This document shows, one piece after another, positions 10,874 to 22,222 of a DNA stretch of 64,000 nucleotides; the first letter of the stretch is position 1, and the number at the start of each line of letters is the position of its first letter. The position numbers were made by a program, and so were the translations under genes. The stretch lies in NCBI RefSeq assembly GCF_001677475.2, contig NZ_CP015229.1. The stretch is one strand, 5' to 3'. The notes under the pieces were generated by a model. The model did not search any database, was not told the origin of the DNA, and saw nothing but the letters and a program-made list of their open reading frames with translations. This stretch comes from Escherichia coli (GTDB lineage: Bacteria; Pseudomonadota; Gammaproteobacteria; Enterobacterales; Enterobacteriaceae).

Positions 10874-12295
10874 ATGAGCATTTCAATGACTACAAAACTC
10901 AGTTATGGATTTGGAGCGTTCGGGAAGGATTTTGCGATCGGCATTGTGTATATGTACCTCATGTATTACTACACCGATGTCGTCGGGCTGTCTGTGGGTT
11001 TGGTCGGTACTTTGTTTCTGGTGGCGAGGATCTGGGATGCTATTAACGATCCGATTATGGGATGGATTGTAAATGCTACGCGATCGCGATGGGGCAAGTT
11101 CAAACCCTGGATCCTGATCGGTACGTTGGCAAACTCTGTAATCTTATTTCTCCTCTTTAGTGCGCATCTGTTTGAAGGTACTACTCAGATTGTCTTTGTT
11201 TGCGTGACCTACATCCTCTGGGGCATGACTTACACCATTATGGATATTCCCTTCTGGTCGCTGGTTCCAACCATAACGCTCGATAAACGTGAGCGCGAAC
11301 AACTGGTTCCTTATCCGCGTTTTTTTGCCAGTCTGGCAGGCTTTGTTACGGCAGGTGTGACGCTACCATTTGTTAATTATGTCGGCGGTGGCGATCGGGG
11401 ATTTGGCTTTCAGATGTTCACTCTGGTACTGATCGCCTTTTTTATTGTTTCAACCATCATCACTCTGCGCAATGTGCATGAAGTCTTTTCGTCAGACAAT
11501 CAACCGTCTGCTGAAGGAAGCCATCTGACACTTAAAGCCATCGTTGCGCTTATTTATAAAAACGATCAGCTTTCATGCCTCTTGGGTATGGCTCTTGCTT
11601 ATAATGTAGCCAGCAATATTATTACCGGCTTTGCTATCTATTATTTCTCATATGTTATCGGTGATGCGGATTTGTTCCCCTATTATCTGTCGTATGCGGG
11701 AGCTGCTAACCTGGTGACGTTAGTATTCTTCCCACGCTTAGTTAAATCATTATCCCGACGCATTTTATGGGCCGGAGCATCTATTCTTCCGGTGTTAAGC
11801 TGTGGTGTTCTCCTGTTAATGGCATTAATGAGCTATCACAACGTCGTCCTCATTGTGATTGCGGGTATCTTGCTGAATGTGGGAACGGCGCTTTTCTGGG
11901 TATTACAGGTCATCATGGTGGCAGATACCGTTGATTACGGTGAATATAAACTGCACGTACGCTGTGAAAGCATCGCTTACTCCGTGCAGACTATGGTGGT
12001 GAAGGGCGGTTCAGCCTTTGCGGCTTTTTTCATTGCGGTTGTGTTAGGGATGATTGGCTATGTACCGAATGTTGAACAGTCTACGCAAGCCCTATTAGGT
12101 ATGCAGTTTATTATGATTGCTCTACCGACTCTGTTTTTCATGATAACGCTGATTCTCTACTTCCGTTTCTATCGCCTCAATGGTGACACGCTGCGCAGGA
12201 TCCAGATCCATCTGCTGGATAAATATCGCAAAGTACCGCCCGAGCCTGTTCATGCTGATATTCCGGTCGGTGCAGTGAGTGATGTGAAAGCCTGA
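10874..12295 (+). CDS. melB: Melibiose:Na+ symporter MelB, 473 aa
   Basis: ORF 10850..12295 recognised as MelB; the recognised N-terminus [16 protein letters not shown] starts at ATG 10874 (track ORF begins at an upstream TTG). Confidence 0.92.
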   Translation: MSISMTTKLSYGFGAFGKDFAIGIVYMYLMYYYTDVVGLSVGLVGTLFLVARIWDAINDPIMGWIVNATRSRWGKFKPWILIGTLANSVILFLLFSAHLFEGTTQIVFVCVTYILWGMTYTIMDIPFWSLVPTITLDKREREQLVPYPRFFASLAGFVTAGVTLPFVNYVGGGDRGFGFQMFTLVLIAFFIVSTIITLRNVHEVFSSDNQPSAEGSHLTLKAIVALIYKNDQLSCLLGMALAYNVASNIITGFAIYYFSYVIGDADLFPYYLSYAGAANLVTLVFFPRLVKSLSRRILWAGASILPVLSCGVLLLMALMSYHNVVLIVIAGILLNVGTALFWVLQVIMVADTVDYGEYKLHVRCESIAYSVQTMVVKGGSAFAAFFIAVVLGMIGYVPNVEQSTQALLGMQFIMIALPTLFFMITLILYFRFYRLNGDTLRRIQIHLLDKYRKVPPEPVHADIPVGAVSDVKA

Positions 12296-12318
12296 CGTGG
12301 ACAATAGCTAACGAAAAT

Positions 12319-12355
12319 GGCCTGATGCGATATGTTTATCAGGCCACGTTTTAAT
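12319..12355 (+). terminator. Putative melB terminator hairpin
   Basis: Stem GGCCTGAT...ATCAGGCC (12319..12345) followed by ACGTTTTAAT. Confidence 0.5.
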
Positions 12356-12380
12356 ACAATGCTTTGGATTTGCAAATTTT

Positions 12381-12420
12381 GTAGACCGGATAAGGAATTC
12401 ACGCCGCATCCGGCATCAAC
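12381..12420. repeat. REP-like (repetitive extragenic palindromic) element
   Basis: Contains TTCACGCCGCATCCGGC (12398..12414), the reverse complement of the REP core GCCGGATGCGGCGTGAA, within an imperfect palindrome. Confidence 0.55.
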
Positions 12421-12433
12421 AAAACGCACGTTG

Positions 12434-13063
12434 TTATCCGGTTATCAAGCCAAAGCGCCGTAGCTGGCGGCAATGAAAGCGAGCGAGGAATATCACCGTC
12501 GTTAATGCGCCAAGCAGCGCGCAGAACATATCGGATTGCGTGTCCCACTGGTCGCCCTGGGTGCCGAGAAAATCATCCGCTCCCTGGCCCATTGCCAGCG
12601 CCGCCCACCACTCGATTAATTCATACATCGCGCTTATCGCCAGCGCCACGCAGCAGACCAGAAACGCCACCATCTTATGTCCGCGAACGTACATCCCGCG
12701 CACAAGGATCTCTCGTGCCACCAGTGCAGGCACCAGCCCCTGGAAAAAATGCCCCAGTTTGTCATACGGATTACGGCTCAACCCCAGCCATTCCTGCACC
12801 TCAAAACCAACGGGGACTTTCGCGTAGGTGTATTGTCCGCCGACCATCAGGATGATGGCGTGAAAGAAAATGAGCGTATAGAGCAGCGGCGTTAACGGAT
12901 AACGTCTGGCGGTGGCAAGCAGTAGCGGCACGACAATAATCACCGGTGTCACTTCCATCAGCCAGGTGAGTTTGTCATGGGCCGAAATGCCGGTATAAAT
13001 CAGGATTAACGTTAGCGTCAGTGCGCCGGTGTTAAGAATTAACGGCTTGAGTGTGCGGGTCAT
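12434..13063 (-). CDS. yjdF: Inner-membrane protein YjdF (DUF2238), 209 aa
   Basis: Hydrophobic 209-aa protein recognised as YjdF. Confidence 0.88.
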   Translation of the reverse strand: MTRTLKPLILNTGALTLTLILIYTGISAHDKLTWLMEVTPVIIVVPLLLATARRYPLTPLLYTLIFFHAIILMVGGQYTYAKVPVGFEVQEWLGLSRNPYDKLGHFFQGLVPALVAREILVRGMYVRGHKMVAFLVCCVALAISAMYELIEWWAALAMGQGADDFLGTQGDQWDTQSDMFCALLGALTTVIFLARFHCRQLRRFGLITG

Positions 13064-13185
13064 GGTGAGTTCGCAAGTCAGGGAAAATACTGACTATTCA
13101 CCAGCAAGCGTGAAATTACAATCGCAAAAGAGGTGGCCCAGGGGGATCACCTGGCAGCATGCTGCCAGGCGCTGGGCCGAAGAGG

Positions 13186-14832
13186 TTACTTAGTGCAGTT
13201 CGCGCACTGTTTGTTGACGATTTGCTGGAAGAAGTCGTTACCTTTGTCATCGACCAGGATAAACGCCGGGAAATCTTCTACTTCGATTTTCCAGATAGCT
13301 TCCATACCCAGCTCCGGATAAGCGACGCATTCAAGATGCTTGATGCTCTGCTGCGCCAGTACCGCCGCCGGACCGCCGATACTACCGAGGTAGAAGCCGC
13401 CGTGTTTATGACACGCGTCGGTAACCTGCTGACTGCGGTTACCTTTCGCCAGCATGATCATGCTGCCGCCGTGGGATTGCAGCAGATCCACGTAGGAGTC
13501 CATACGACCTGCGGTGGTTGGGCCAAGTGAACCTGATGGATAACCGGCAGGGGTTTTCGCCGGACCCGCGTAGTAGATCGGGTGATCTTTGATGTACTGC
13601 GGCAGTTCTTTACCGGCGTCAATCAGCTCTTTCAGCTTGGCGTGTGCAATATCTCGACCCACGATAATGGTGCCGGTGAGCGACAAGCGGGTGGATACCG
13701 GGTATTGCGAAAGCTGGGCGAGGATCTCTTTCATCGGGCGGTTAAGGTCGACTTTCACCGCTTCGCCTTCACCGGCCTGACGCAGTTCTTGTGGAATGTA
13801 CTGGCCTGGATTGTGTTCCAGTTTTTCGATCCAGATACCTTCGCGGTTGATTTTCGCTTTAATGTTACGGTCAGCGGAGCAGGAGACGCCCATGCCTACC
13901 GGGCAGGATGCACCGTGACGCGGCAGACGGATAACGCGAATGTCGTGCGCGAAGTATTTACCACCAAACTGCGCGCCAAGACCGAGTTTCTGGGCCTCTT
14001 CCAGCAGTTCCTGTTCCAGCTGGACATCGCGGAACGCCTGACCATGTTCGTTCCCTTCCGTCGGCAGTTCATCATAATAGTGAGTGCTTGCTAACTTGAC
14101 GGTTTTCAGGTTGGTTTCCGCAGACGTACCGCCAATCACAAACGCGATATGGTACGGCGGGCAGGCTGCAGTACCGAGGGTACGCATTTTCTCGACGAGG
14201 AAGTTTTTCAGTTTGCCGGGCGTCAGCAGGGCTTTGGTTTCCTGGTAGAGATACGTTTTGTTGGCAGAGCCGCCGCCTTTAGCGACACAGAGGAATTTGT
14301 ACTCATCGCCATCTACCGCGTACAGGTCGATTTGCGCAGGCAGGTTCGTGCCGGTGTTGACCTCTTTATACATGTCCAGCGGCGCGTTCTGTGAATAGCG
14401 CAGGTTATCTTCGATATAGGTGTTATAGACGCCTTTCGACAGCGCTTCTTCATCACCGCCACCGGTCCACACGCGCTGACCTTTTTTACCGACGATGATT
14501 GCGGTGCCGGTATCCTGGCAGGTCGGCAGCACGCCTTTGGCGGCGATTTCGGAGTTTCTTAAGAATTGCAGCGCCACGTACTTGTCGTTTTCGCTGGCTT
14601 CTGGATCGTGAAGAATAGCCGCGACCTGTTTCTGGTGGGCCGGGCGGAGCATGAAAGAAGCGTCGTGAAAGGCTTGCTGCGCCAGCAGGGTCAGGGCTTC
14701 TGGTTCCACTTTCAGAATGGTTTCGCCGTCGAAGTCGGCAACGCTAACGTAATCGGAAGTGAGTAGATAGTATTCGGTATTGTCTTTCCCCATCGGGAAA
14801 GGTGCCTGGTAGATAAAGGGTTTGTTTGACAT
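13186..14832 (-). CDS. fumB: Class I (Fe-S) fumarate hydratase FumB, 548 aa
   Basis: Protein [30 protein letters not shown]... recognised as FumB. Confidence 0.95.
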   Translation of the reverse strand: MSNKPFIYQAPFPMGKDNTEYYLLTSDYVSVADFDGETILKVEPEALTLLAQQAFHDASFMLRPAHQKQVAAILHDPEASENDKYVALQFLRNSEIAAKGVLPTCQDTGTAIIVGKKGQRVWTGGGDEEALSKGVYNTYIEDNLRYSQNAPLDMYKEVNTGTNLPAQIDLYAVDGDEYKFLCVAKGGGSANKTYLYQETKALLTPGKLKNFLVEKMRTLGTAACPPYHIAFVIGGTSAETNLKTVKLASTHYYDELPTEGNEHGQAFRDVQLEQELLEEAQKLGLGAQFGGKYFAHDIRVIRLPRHGASCPVGMGVSCSADRNIKAKINREGIWIEKLEHNPGQYIPQELRQAGEGEAVKVDLNRPMKEILAQLSQYPVSTRLSLTGTIIVGRDIAHAKLKELIDAGKELPQYIKDHPIYYAGPAKTPAGYPSGSLGPTTAGRMDSYVDLLQSHGGSMIMLAKGNRSQQVTDACHKHGGFYLGSIGGPAAVLAQQSIKHLECVAYPELGMEAIWKIEVEDFPAFILVDDKGNDFFQQIVNKQCANCTK

Positions 14833-14861
14833 AGCTTCCAGCCTGTAACTCTGTATTTGTT

Positions 14862-14898
14862 ATTCGAAAATGGCGTGCCGCGTAGTCACGGGCGGCAC
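14862..14898 (-). terminator. Hairpin in the dcuB-fumB intergenic region (possible partial terminator)
   Basis: Stem GTGCCGC...GCGGCAC (14875..14898) with a modest T-tract on the minus strand. Confidence 0.4.
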
Positions 14899-14909
14899 GC
14901 AAAGTGCAT

Positions 14910-16250
14910 TTATAAGAACCCGTACATCGCGGCGAAGATCCAGCCGAAGACGCACGATACGCTCACACCAATCAACCCCGGCAGAATAAAGCTGTGGTTG
15001 ATGACGAAGCGACCGATGTGGGTGGTGCCGGAACGGTCAAACTGAATCGCTGCCAGATCGCTCGGATAAGTCGGCAGGATGTAATAACCGTAGCAAGCCG
15101 GTGCTGAAGCCACGATGTATGCCGGATCAACGCCGATAGCCAGCGCGACCGGAACAATCGCCGCCAGCGCCGCAGCCTGAGAGTTTACAAACTTGGAAAC
15201 CAGCAGCAGAACAATGGCATAGGCCCACGGATACTCTTTCACCATTTCACCCAGTACGCCCTGAATTTCAGACATATGGGCACCGAACATGGTTTCTGCC
15301 ATCCATGCGATACCGTACACCGCCACGATGGCGATCATACCGGAACGGAAGACTTCGTTTTTTGAGATAGACGCGGGATTGGTTTTGGTCAGGATAATAA
15401 TCAGCGCCCCGGTCAGCAGCATAAACATCTGAATAACCAGTACCATCGACAGCGGTTTGCCGCCGAAGGATGGACGCAGGTCCGAATCAGCACCAAGAAG
15501 TGCGACTACAGCGATTGCCCCGAGGAAGATCCACATTGCAAGCCAGTTGCTTTTCGGCAGTTTTTTATCCAGCAGCGTCGCGGTATCACCGTAAACATAC
15601 TCACGGTTTTCCGGTACGGAGATGAATTTCTGGAACTCTTCGTCTTTATCCAGATCTTTACCGCGGAACCAGCTGAAGATACCGATCGCCAGGATACCGA
15701 TTAACGTCGATGGAATGGTGATTGCCAGCAGGTCGAGGAACTCAAGATGGCGACCATCAAAGGTGACATTACCCAGCATTGCAACCAGAGACACGACCGC
15801 AACCGACACCGGACTGGCGATAATCCCCATCTGTGCACCGATAGAACTTGCCGCCATCGGGCGTTCCGGACGGATGTTGTTCTTAATGGCGACGTCGTAG
15901 ATGATCGGCAAAATGGTGTAAACCACATGACCCGTACCGCAAAGAATGGTCAGCGTACAGGTCACAAACGGCGCGACAATTGAGACATATTTCGGGTTGC
16001 GGCGCAGCAGCTTCTCGGCAATTTGCAGCATGACATCAAGACCGCCCGAAGCTTGCAAGGTCGCCGATGCCGCCACCACCGCAATGATAACCAGCATGAC
16101 ATCAACCGGTGGTTTACCTGGCTGAAGGTGGAAGACGAAGACCAGAATGACCAGACCGATACCGCCTAATAAACCCAGCGCGATACCACCCTTTCTGGCA
16201 CCATAAAACAGACATATCAGTATTATGATAAGTTGGATAGTAAATAACAT
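14910..16250 (-). CDS. dcuB: Anaerobic C4-dicarboxylate antiporter DcuB, 446 aa
   Basis: Protein [30 protein letters not shown]... recognised as DcuB. Confidence 0.95.
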
Positions 16251-16819
16251 GTGTGAACCCTCGCGATAATCCTATTTAAATTTTTGCTGAATAGATCACA
16301 GTCACGTTCTGTTTTGTATGAACTGTTTTCAGAGCCTGACTAAATATCCGTTTGGTCGTTACCGGCTTTAGCAAATACCTCACAGTGAATATTGGCTGAT
16401 TAAAGCAGCGGCAAATTTATGCACTGTGATAAGCGGCTTTTTCAGAGAGAATGACTCTCTGGCGATGGGTTTATAGTTTGTACTGCGCAGATGTTAATGT
16501 TTTGTTTGCTTCTATCTTATTGATATTTATTGGTCTATTTTTTTTCTCAGGGCAGATGTCATTAGGTTTATAGATTAATCTGATCTACCCATTTGTGGGT
16601 AAAAATACACATAATGCGGGTGACATAATAGTTAATTAACTTTTGTTAGCGTTTTGAAATTAAAAACACCGTTCATCTGAAGAGATATTAATTTTTAACG
16701 ATGATAGAGGGATAATTATATTTGATCTGGCACAAGTTTTATTGATTAACGATGTAACTTGTGCCAGGGGTATTTTGCATTACGGTAATAATTATTACTT
16801 ACAGATAACCAGCGATCCG

Positions 16820-17539
16820 TTATTGGCAATATTGTTTCAGTAGTGAGTAGTGTTCTGCCTGAATACGGTAACGGTAAACCGGACGCCCCGTGACGCCATA
16901 ATGGATACTGGTGAACAAGATGTGGCAGTTGACCAGCCAGATAAGGTATTTACGGCAGGAAACACGCGAGATGTTAACCTCGTTAGCCAGCTCGTCGGTT
17001 GAAAACTCATAGTCCTGATGCGCGTCAATCCACTGGCACAGCGTGCGTAACGTCTGCGGCGTTAAGCCTTTTGGCAAGCGACGAGGATCCTGCTCGTTGG
17101 AGCTGCTGCCGTGGATTAGCTGATCAAGCTCGGCCTGGTCATAATACTGATGTTTTTCCAGCGCCATTTTCTTTTGCCGCCAGCCGGTGAGCGCCTCTTC
17201 AAAGCGGGAAGCCTGGAAGGGTTTGATCAGGTAATCCACGACACCGTAATGCAGCGAATCTTTAATGGTTGCCGCATCGGCTGCGGAGGAGATGACAATC
17301 ACATCACTTTTGCAACGCGCGTTATGCAGGACAGGCAGTAAATCGAGCCCGTTCTCTTTTTGCATATAGATATCGAGCAATATCAGGTCGATAGGCGTAT
17401 CGCTATTGAAGATAATCTCTTTGGCTTTCTCCAGCGTCGAGGCTGTTCCACAGCATTGAAAGCCTGGGATTTGTGCTACGTATCGGCGATTCAGCTCCGC
17501 GACCATTGCGTCGTCATCGATAATTAATACATTGATCAT
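16820..17539 (-). CDS. dcuR: C4-dicarboxylate response regulator DcuR, 239 aa
   Basis: Protein MINVLIIDDDAMVAELNRRYVAQIPGF... recognised as DcuR; start overlaps dcuS stop by 4 nt. Confidence 0.95.
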   Translation of the reverse strand: MINVLIIDDDAMVAELNRRYVAQIPGFQCCGTASTLEKAKEIIFNSDTPIDLILLDIYMQKENGLDLLPVLHNARCKSDVIVISSAADAATIKDSLHYGVVDYLIKPFQASRFEEALTGWRQKKMALEKHQYYDQAELDQLIHGSSSNEQDPRRLPKGLTPQTLRTLCQWIDAHQDYEFSTDELANEVNISRVSCRKYLIWLVNCHILFTSIHYGVTGRPVYRYRIQAEHYSLLKQYCQ

Positions 17540-19167
17540 CTGTTCGACCTCTCCCCGTCCCAGGGTATCTGGACAAAAAATTGTGTGAAAATCCCGGGTT
17601 CCGATTCCACGGCGATGCTGCCGCCGAGATTTTCTACCTGTTGTTTGACAAGTGCTAAACCGACGCCTCGCTCGCTTCCTTTTGTCGAGACACCTTTGTC
17701 AAAAATGTGATCGATTTTGTCGGGTGCGATCCCCGGTCCATCATCGTTAACTTCACAGTGCAGCCAGCCGTGACGGTAGTGCAATGTTACGCTAATTTCG
17801 CCACCGGGTTCCGGCCCTAATGCTTCCAGCGCGTTTTCTATCAGATTTCCCAACGTGGTAATCAGCGTCGCGACCTGGTCCTCACTGCCGCTGTCTGGCA
17901 ACTGGCTTTCACTGTTTAAAATCAGCGTATGGCCTAAATCGGTCGCGCGGTTAATCTTGCTGATTAAAAAACCAGCGATAACCGGAGATTTGATCTTACC
18001 CAGCAGAGAGCCAATCTCTTCCTGATAGTTATTGGCTGTTTTGAGAATGTAATCTTCCAACTGCTTATAACTCTTCAGATGCAATAATCCGAGAATCACG
18101 TGCAATTTATTCATAAATTCGTGGGATCGTTCACGAAGTGCGTCAGCATAGTTGACCAGACCGTCGAGTCGCTGCATCAGTTTACGTACTTCAGTTTTGT
18201 CCCTGAAGGTTGAAATGGCACCGATGATAACGCCATTACTGCGCACCGGAACGGTGTTGATCAGTAATAGCCGGTCTTTAATCGTAATCTCTTCGTCGCG
18301 GCGCGGCGTACCGTCGCGTAACACTTCCGAGACATCTACTACCTGTGACCACGAGTGGCTTAGCGTCGACAGTTTCTCATCGTCCTGCGACTTACGGTAA
18401 TTCAGCAATTCTTGTGCGGCATCGTTGATCAGCGTGACTTCACCGCGATCGTCCACGGCAACGACGCCTTCTTTGATAGACTGCAACATGGCCTGGCGCT
18501 GCTCAAACAGCGTGGAGATTTCGTAGGGTTCCAGGCCAAAAAGAATTTTTTTCAGTACTTTAACCAGAATGCAGGTGCCAATCAGTCCGACCAGCATGCC
18601 AAATAATACCGACCAGATAATGCTCCAGCGACTGTCATTGATCTGTTGGGTCACGCGGCTTAACTCAAGGCCGATCGCCACCACGCCAATTTGTTTATGA
18701 TTTTCATCGTAGATGGGGGTAAATACGCGTAAAGCCTGCGCCAGAAAACCGCGATTGATAGCGACATTTTCTTCGCCATTCAGCGCTTTAAGGATGTCAT
18801 CACCTTTAAATGGCTGACCAATACGCTGGGCTTCAGGATGCGAGTAGCGAAGACTTTGCATATCGGTAACGACAATAAATAGCAGATCGTTGCGTTTGCG
18901 CACGGCTTCCGCGATGGCCTGGATGCCGCTCTCCTGCGGTTTTTTCTGCAAGCCCTGACGGATTTCCGGCGAGTCGGCGAGGGTTCGCGCCACTGCCAGT
19001 GCCTTGTTGGCTAGCCCGTCTCGCGTCATATCACTGATTTGCGAGAAGTAAATCAGATGCACCACCAATAGTACCGAGAACAGTACCGCGCTGACCATTA
19101 AGATCACAGTGGTACTCAATTTCATCGGACGTTTGCGTAACATGCGGTAGGGCAATGAATGTCTCAT
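17536..19167 (-). CDS. dcuS: C4-dicarboxylate sensor histidine kinase DcuS, 543 aa
   Basis: Protein MRHSLPYRMLRKRPMKLSTTVILMVSAVLF... recognised as DcuS. Confidence 0.95.
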   Translation of the reverse strand: MRHSLPYRMLRKRPMKLSTTVILMVSAVLFSVLLVVHLIYFSQISDMTRDGLANKALAVARTLADSPEIRQGLQKKPQESGIQAIAEAVRKRNDLLFIVVTDMQSLRYSHPEAQRIGQPFKGDDILKALNGEENVAINRGFLAQALRVFTPIYDENHKQIGVVAIGLELSRVTQQINDSRWSIIWSVLFGMLVGLIGTCILVKVLKKILFGLEPYEISTLFEQRQAMLQSIKEGVVAVDDRGEVTLINDAAQELLNYRKSQDDEKLSTLSHSWSQVVDVSEVLRDGTPRRDEEITIKDRLLLINTVPVRSNGVIIGAISTFRDKTEVRKLMQRLDGLVNYADALRERSHEFMNKLHVILGLLHLKSYKQLEDYILKTANNYQEEIGSLLGKIKSPVIAGFLISKINRATDLGHTLILNSESQLPDSGSEDQVATLITTLGNLIENALEALGPEPGGEISVTLHYRHGWLHCEVNDDGPGIAPDKIDHIFDKGVSTKGSERGVGLALVKQQVENLGGSIAVESEPGIFTQFFVQIPWDGERSNR

Positions 19168-19347
19168 CAGCTTCCTTGTGTGACAAATTTCTTAAGCATT
19201 ATCTCTGATGAGGCGGGTAATTCAAAGGGAGTAAGAATGATTGGCTATATAGGGGAAGAGATTCTGGCAACGGAAACTGCCAGTGCTGAATGAAGGTTCC
19301 GGGGCTATGCTTATAGCGATAATCATACTGATGAGAGAGGGAAGGTC

Positions 19348-19578
19348 ATGGATCGGGCGCTACTGGACGGGGGTTATCGCTGTTATACCGGCGAAAAGAT
19401 CGATGTCTATTTCAATACTGCGATATGTCAGCATTCTGGCAATTGCGTACGTGGCAACGGCAAGTTATTTAATCTCAAACGAAAGCCGTGGATCATGCCG
19501 GATGAAGTCGACGTTGCCACTGTGGTTCAAGTGATTGATACGTGCCCGAGCGGCGCGCTGAAATACCGTCATAAATAA
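19348..19578 (+). CDS. yjdI: Small Cys-rich protein YjdI (DUF1271), 76 aa
   Basis: Protein [36 protein letters not shown]... with four Cys; purine-rich SD upstream. Confidence 0.85.
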   Translation: MDRALLDGGYRCYTGEKIDVYFNTAICQHSGNCVRGNGKLFNLKRKPWIMPDEVDVATVVQVIDTCPSGALKYRHK

Positions 19579-19589
19579 GCGAGGGTAAA

Positions 19590-19862
19590 ATGGAAATACG
19601 CGAAGGCCACAATAAATTTTACATAAATGACGAACAAGGCAAGCAAATCGCTGAAATTGTCTTTGTGCCGACCGGAGAGAATTTAGCGATTATCGAACAT
19701 ACCGATGTCGATGAAAGCCTGAAAGGGCAAGGGATTGGTAAACAGCTGGTTGCGAAAGTCGTGGAAAAAATGCGTCGGGAAAAACGAAAAATTATCCCAC
19801 TATGCCCATTTGCGAAACACGAATTTGATAAAACGCGGGAGTATGATGATATTCGCAGTTGA
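19590..19862 (+). CDS. yjdJ: Small GNAT-like protein YjdJ, 90 aa
   Basis: Protein [40 protein letters not shown]... recognised as YjdJ; GAGGG SD; 11 nt after yjdI. Confidence 0.85.
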   Translation: MEIREGHNKFYINDEQGKQIAEIVFVPTGENLAIIEHTDVDESLKGQGIGKQLVAKVVEKMRREKRKIIPLCPFAKHEFDKTREYDDIRS

Positions 19863-20088
19863 TGGGAGAGTACAGATTCACGATATTTTTCATGCTCTCC
19901 GCGGTGTGATGCAGGAGAGCATCTGAAGGGTAGGGGGATGCACAAAGAATGGGCAGAGAGCGCGTTTTTTTGTCCCAAGTCATCCCCTTTACTGAGCAAA
20001 AAAAAGAATATCTCCTATATGAGAATCATCAATCGGGGTTAATAAGTTTTGCGTCCCCAGAGCGTTTAAAATTGATAGGAGTCATATT

Positions 20089-20385
20089 ATGGAAGGTAAA
20101 AACAAGTTCAATACTTATGTTGTTTCTTTTGATTATCCATCATCTTATTCCTCAGTGTTCTTAAGGTTAAGATCATTGATGTATGATATGAATTTCTCCT
20201 CTATCGTGGCTGATGAATATGGGATACCACGACAATTGAATGAAAATTCCTTCGCAATAACGACATCGTTAGCCGCAAGTGAAATCGAAGATTTAATCAG
20301 GCTTAAATGCTTAGACTTACCGGATATTGATTTTGACCTCAACATTATGACAGTTGATGACTATTTCCGTCAGTTTTACAAGTAG
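20089..20385 (+). CDS. ghoS: Type V antitoxin GhoS (sequence-specific endoribonuclease), 98 aa
   Basis: Protein MEGKNKFNTYVVSFDYPSSYSSVFLRLRSLMYDMNFSS... recognised as GhoS (YjdK); AGGAG SD upstream. Confidence 0.85.
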   Translation: MEGKNKFNTYVVSFDYPSSYSSVFLRLRSLMYDMNFSSIVADEYGIPRQLNENSFAITTSLAASEIEDLIRLKCLDLPDIDFDLNIMTVDDYFRQFYK

Positions 20386-20412
20386 CCAGGAAGGATAAGA
20401 AGAACATAAAAA

Positions 20413-20586
20413 ATGGCACTATTCTCTAAAATATTAATTTTTTATGTGATTGGTGTGAACATATCCTTTGTCATTATCTGGTTTATCTCACATGAGAAAA
20501 CACATATTCGTTTACTTAGTGCATTCCTGGTCGGAATAACCTGGCCAATGAGTCTGCCTGTGGCATTACTTTTTTCTCTCTTTTAG
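20413..20586 (+). CDS. ghoT: Small membrane toxin GhoT, 57 aa (absent from the ORF track because it is under 60 aa)
   Basis: ATG 20413 to TAG 20584..20586 encodes MALFSKILIFYVIGVNISFVIIWFISHEKTHIRLLSAFLVGITWPMSLPVALLFSLF, hydrophobic, 27 nt downstream of ghoS on the same strand. Confidence 0.8.
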   Translation: MALFSKILIFYVIGVNISFVIIWFISHEKTHIRLLSAFLVGITWPMSLPVALLFSLF

Positions 20587-20704
20587 GAGCTGTAGTTGAG
20601 TGGACCCGCTGGTTATCTTGAAACGAAGCGTCTCTCCTCAAAACTGGATTTGCGGAACGACGAACGAAGCAGTCGCCTGACTGCTTCGTTCATTAAAGTG
20701 AAAT

Positions 20705-22222
20705 TTATTTCTGTGGGCGCATCGCCGGGAAGAGAATAACGTCGCGAATAGTATGACTGTTTGTAAACAGCATAATCATTCGGTCGATACCAATACCCAG
20801 ACCAGCGGTTGGCGGCAGACCATATTCCAGCGCAGTCACGTAATCTTCGTCATAGAACATGGCTTCGTCGTCACCTGCAGCTTTAGCGTTAACCTGTTCC
20901 TGGAAACGTTCAGCCTGATCTTCTGCATCGTTTAATTCGCTAAAACCATTACCGATTTCACGACCACCGATGAAGAATTCAAAACGGTCGGTGATTTCCG
21001 GGTTAACATCATTACGGCGCGCCAGCGGGGACACTTCTGCCGGATATTCCGTAATAAAGGTTGGCTGAATCAGATGTGCTTCTGCCACTTCATCAAAGAT
21101 CTCCGTAACAATACGTCCCAGACCCCAGCTTTTCTCTACCGTAATTCCGATAGATTCAGCTAATGCTTTAGCGGCATCAAAATTATCCAGGTCGGCCATA
21201 TCGGTTTCTGGACGATATTTTTTGATTGCTTCGCGCATGGTGAGTTTTTCAAACGGTTTGCCGAAATCAAACACATGCTCGCCATAAGTGACTTTAGTGG
21301 TACCCAGAACCTCTTGTGCCAGGGTGCGGAACAGTGACTCTGTCAGTTCAATCAAATCGTGGTAATCCGCATACGCCATGTAGAGTTCCATCATTGTGAA
21401 CTCAGGATTATGGCGAACAGAAATGCCTTCATTACGGAAGTTACGGTTGATTTCGAATACCCGTTCAAAACCGCCTACAACCAGACGTTTCAGATACAGC
21501 TCCGGCGCAATACGCAGGTACATATCTAAATCCAGAGCGTTATGATGGGTAATAAACGGGCGAGCAGATGCCCCACCTGGAATTACCTGCATCATCGGGG
21601 TTTCTACTTCCATAAAGCCGCGCGCGACCATGAACTGGCGGATAGCGGCCAGAATTTTTGAACGGACAACAAACGTTTGACGGGATTTATCGTTAGCGAT
21701 GAGGTCCAGATAACGTTGACGATAACGGACTTCCTGATCCTGCAGACCATGGAATTTATCTGGTAAAGGACGTAGTGCTTTTGTCAGCAGGCGCAACTCA
21801 GTACAGTGAATGGAAAGCTCACCCGTTTGCGTCTTAAACAGCGTACCGCGGGCACCGATAATGTCACCCAGATCCCATTTTTTAAACTGATCGTTATAAA
21901 CACCTTCTGGCAGGCTATCTCGTGCGACGTACAGTTGAATACGGCCACCGACATCCTGCAACGTTACAAAGGAGGCTTTCCCCATGATACGACGGGTCAT
22001 CATTCGGCCAGCAACCGAGACTTCAATGTTTAAGGATTCCAGTTCCTGGTTATCCTTCGCATCAAACTCTTCGTGCAACTGGTCAGAGGTATGGTCGCGG
22101 CGAAAATCATTGGGAAACGCCACACCTTGCTGACGTAGTGCCGCCAGCTTTTCGCGGCGATTTCTCAGTTCATCGTTAAAATCAATAGCCTCATTGGCTC
22201 CCCGTGTTTCTCGTTCAGACAT
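20705..22222 (-). CDS. lysU: Lysyl-tRNA synthetase, heat-inducible isoform LysU, 505 aa
   Basis: ORF 20705..22249 recognised as LysU; the recognised N-terminus [15 protein letters not shown] starts at ATG 22222..22220. Confidence 0.92.
   Translation of the reverse strand: MSERETRGANEAIDFNDELRNRREKLAALRQQGVAFPNDFRRDHTSDQLHEEFDAKDNQELESLNIEVSVAGRMMTRRIMGKASFVTLQDVGGRIQLYVARDSLPEGVYNDQFKKWDLGDIIGARGTLFKTQTGELSIHCTELRLLTKALRPLPDKFHGLQDQEVRYRQRYLDLIANDKSRQTFVVRSKILAAIRQFMVARGFMEVETPMMQVIPGGASARPFITHHNALDLDMYLRIAPELYLKRLVVGGFERVFEINRNFRNEGISVRHNPEFTMMELYMAYADYHDLIELTESLFRTLAQEVLGTTKVTYGEHVFDFGKPFEKLTMREAIKKYRPETDMADLDNFDAAKALAESIGITVEKSWGLGRIVTEIFDEVAEAHLIQPTFITEYPAEVSPLARRNDVNPEITDRFEFFIGGREIGNGFSELNDAEDQAERFQEQVNAKAAGDDEAMFYDEDYVTALEYGLPPTAGLGIGIDRMIMLFTNSHTIRDVILFPAMRPQK

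Noticed and set aside
13064-13185. A yjdF-motif riboswitch upstream of yjdF
   Set aside because: The yjdF RNA motif is described in Firmicutes. Here the yjdF upstream region is only about 120 nt, is shared with the fumB 3' end, and I see no extended conserved structure beyond one palindrome (13149..13168) that fits better as a fumB terminator.
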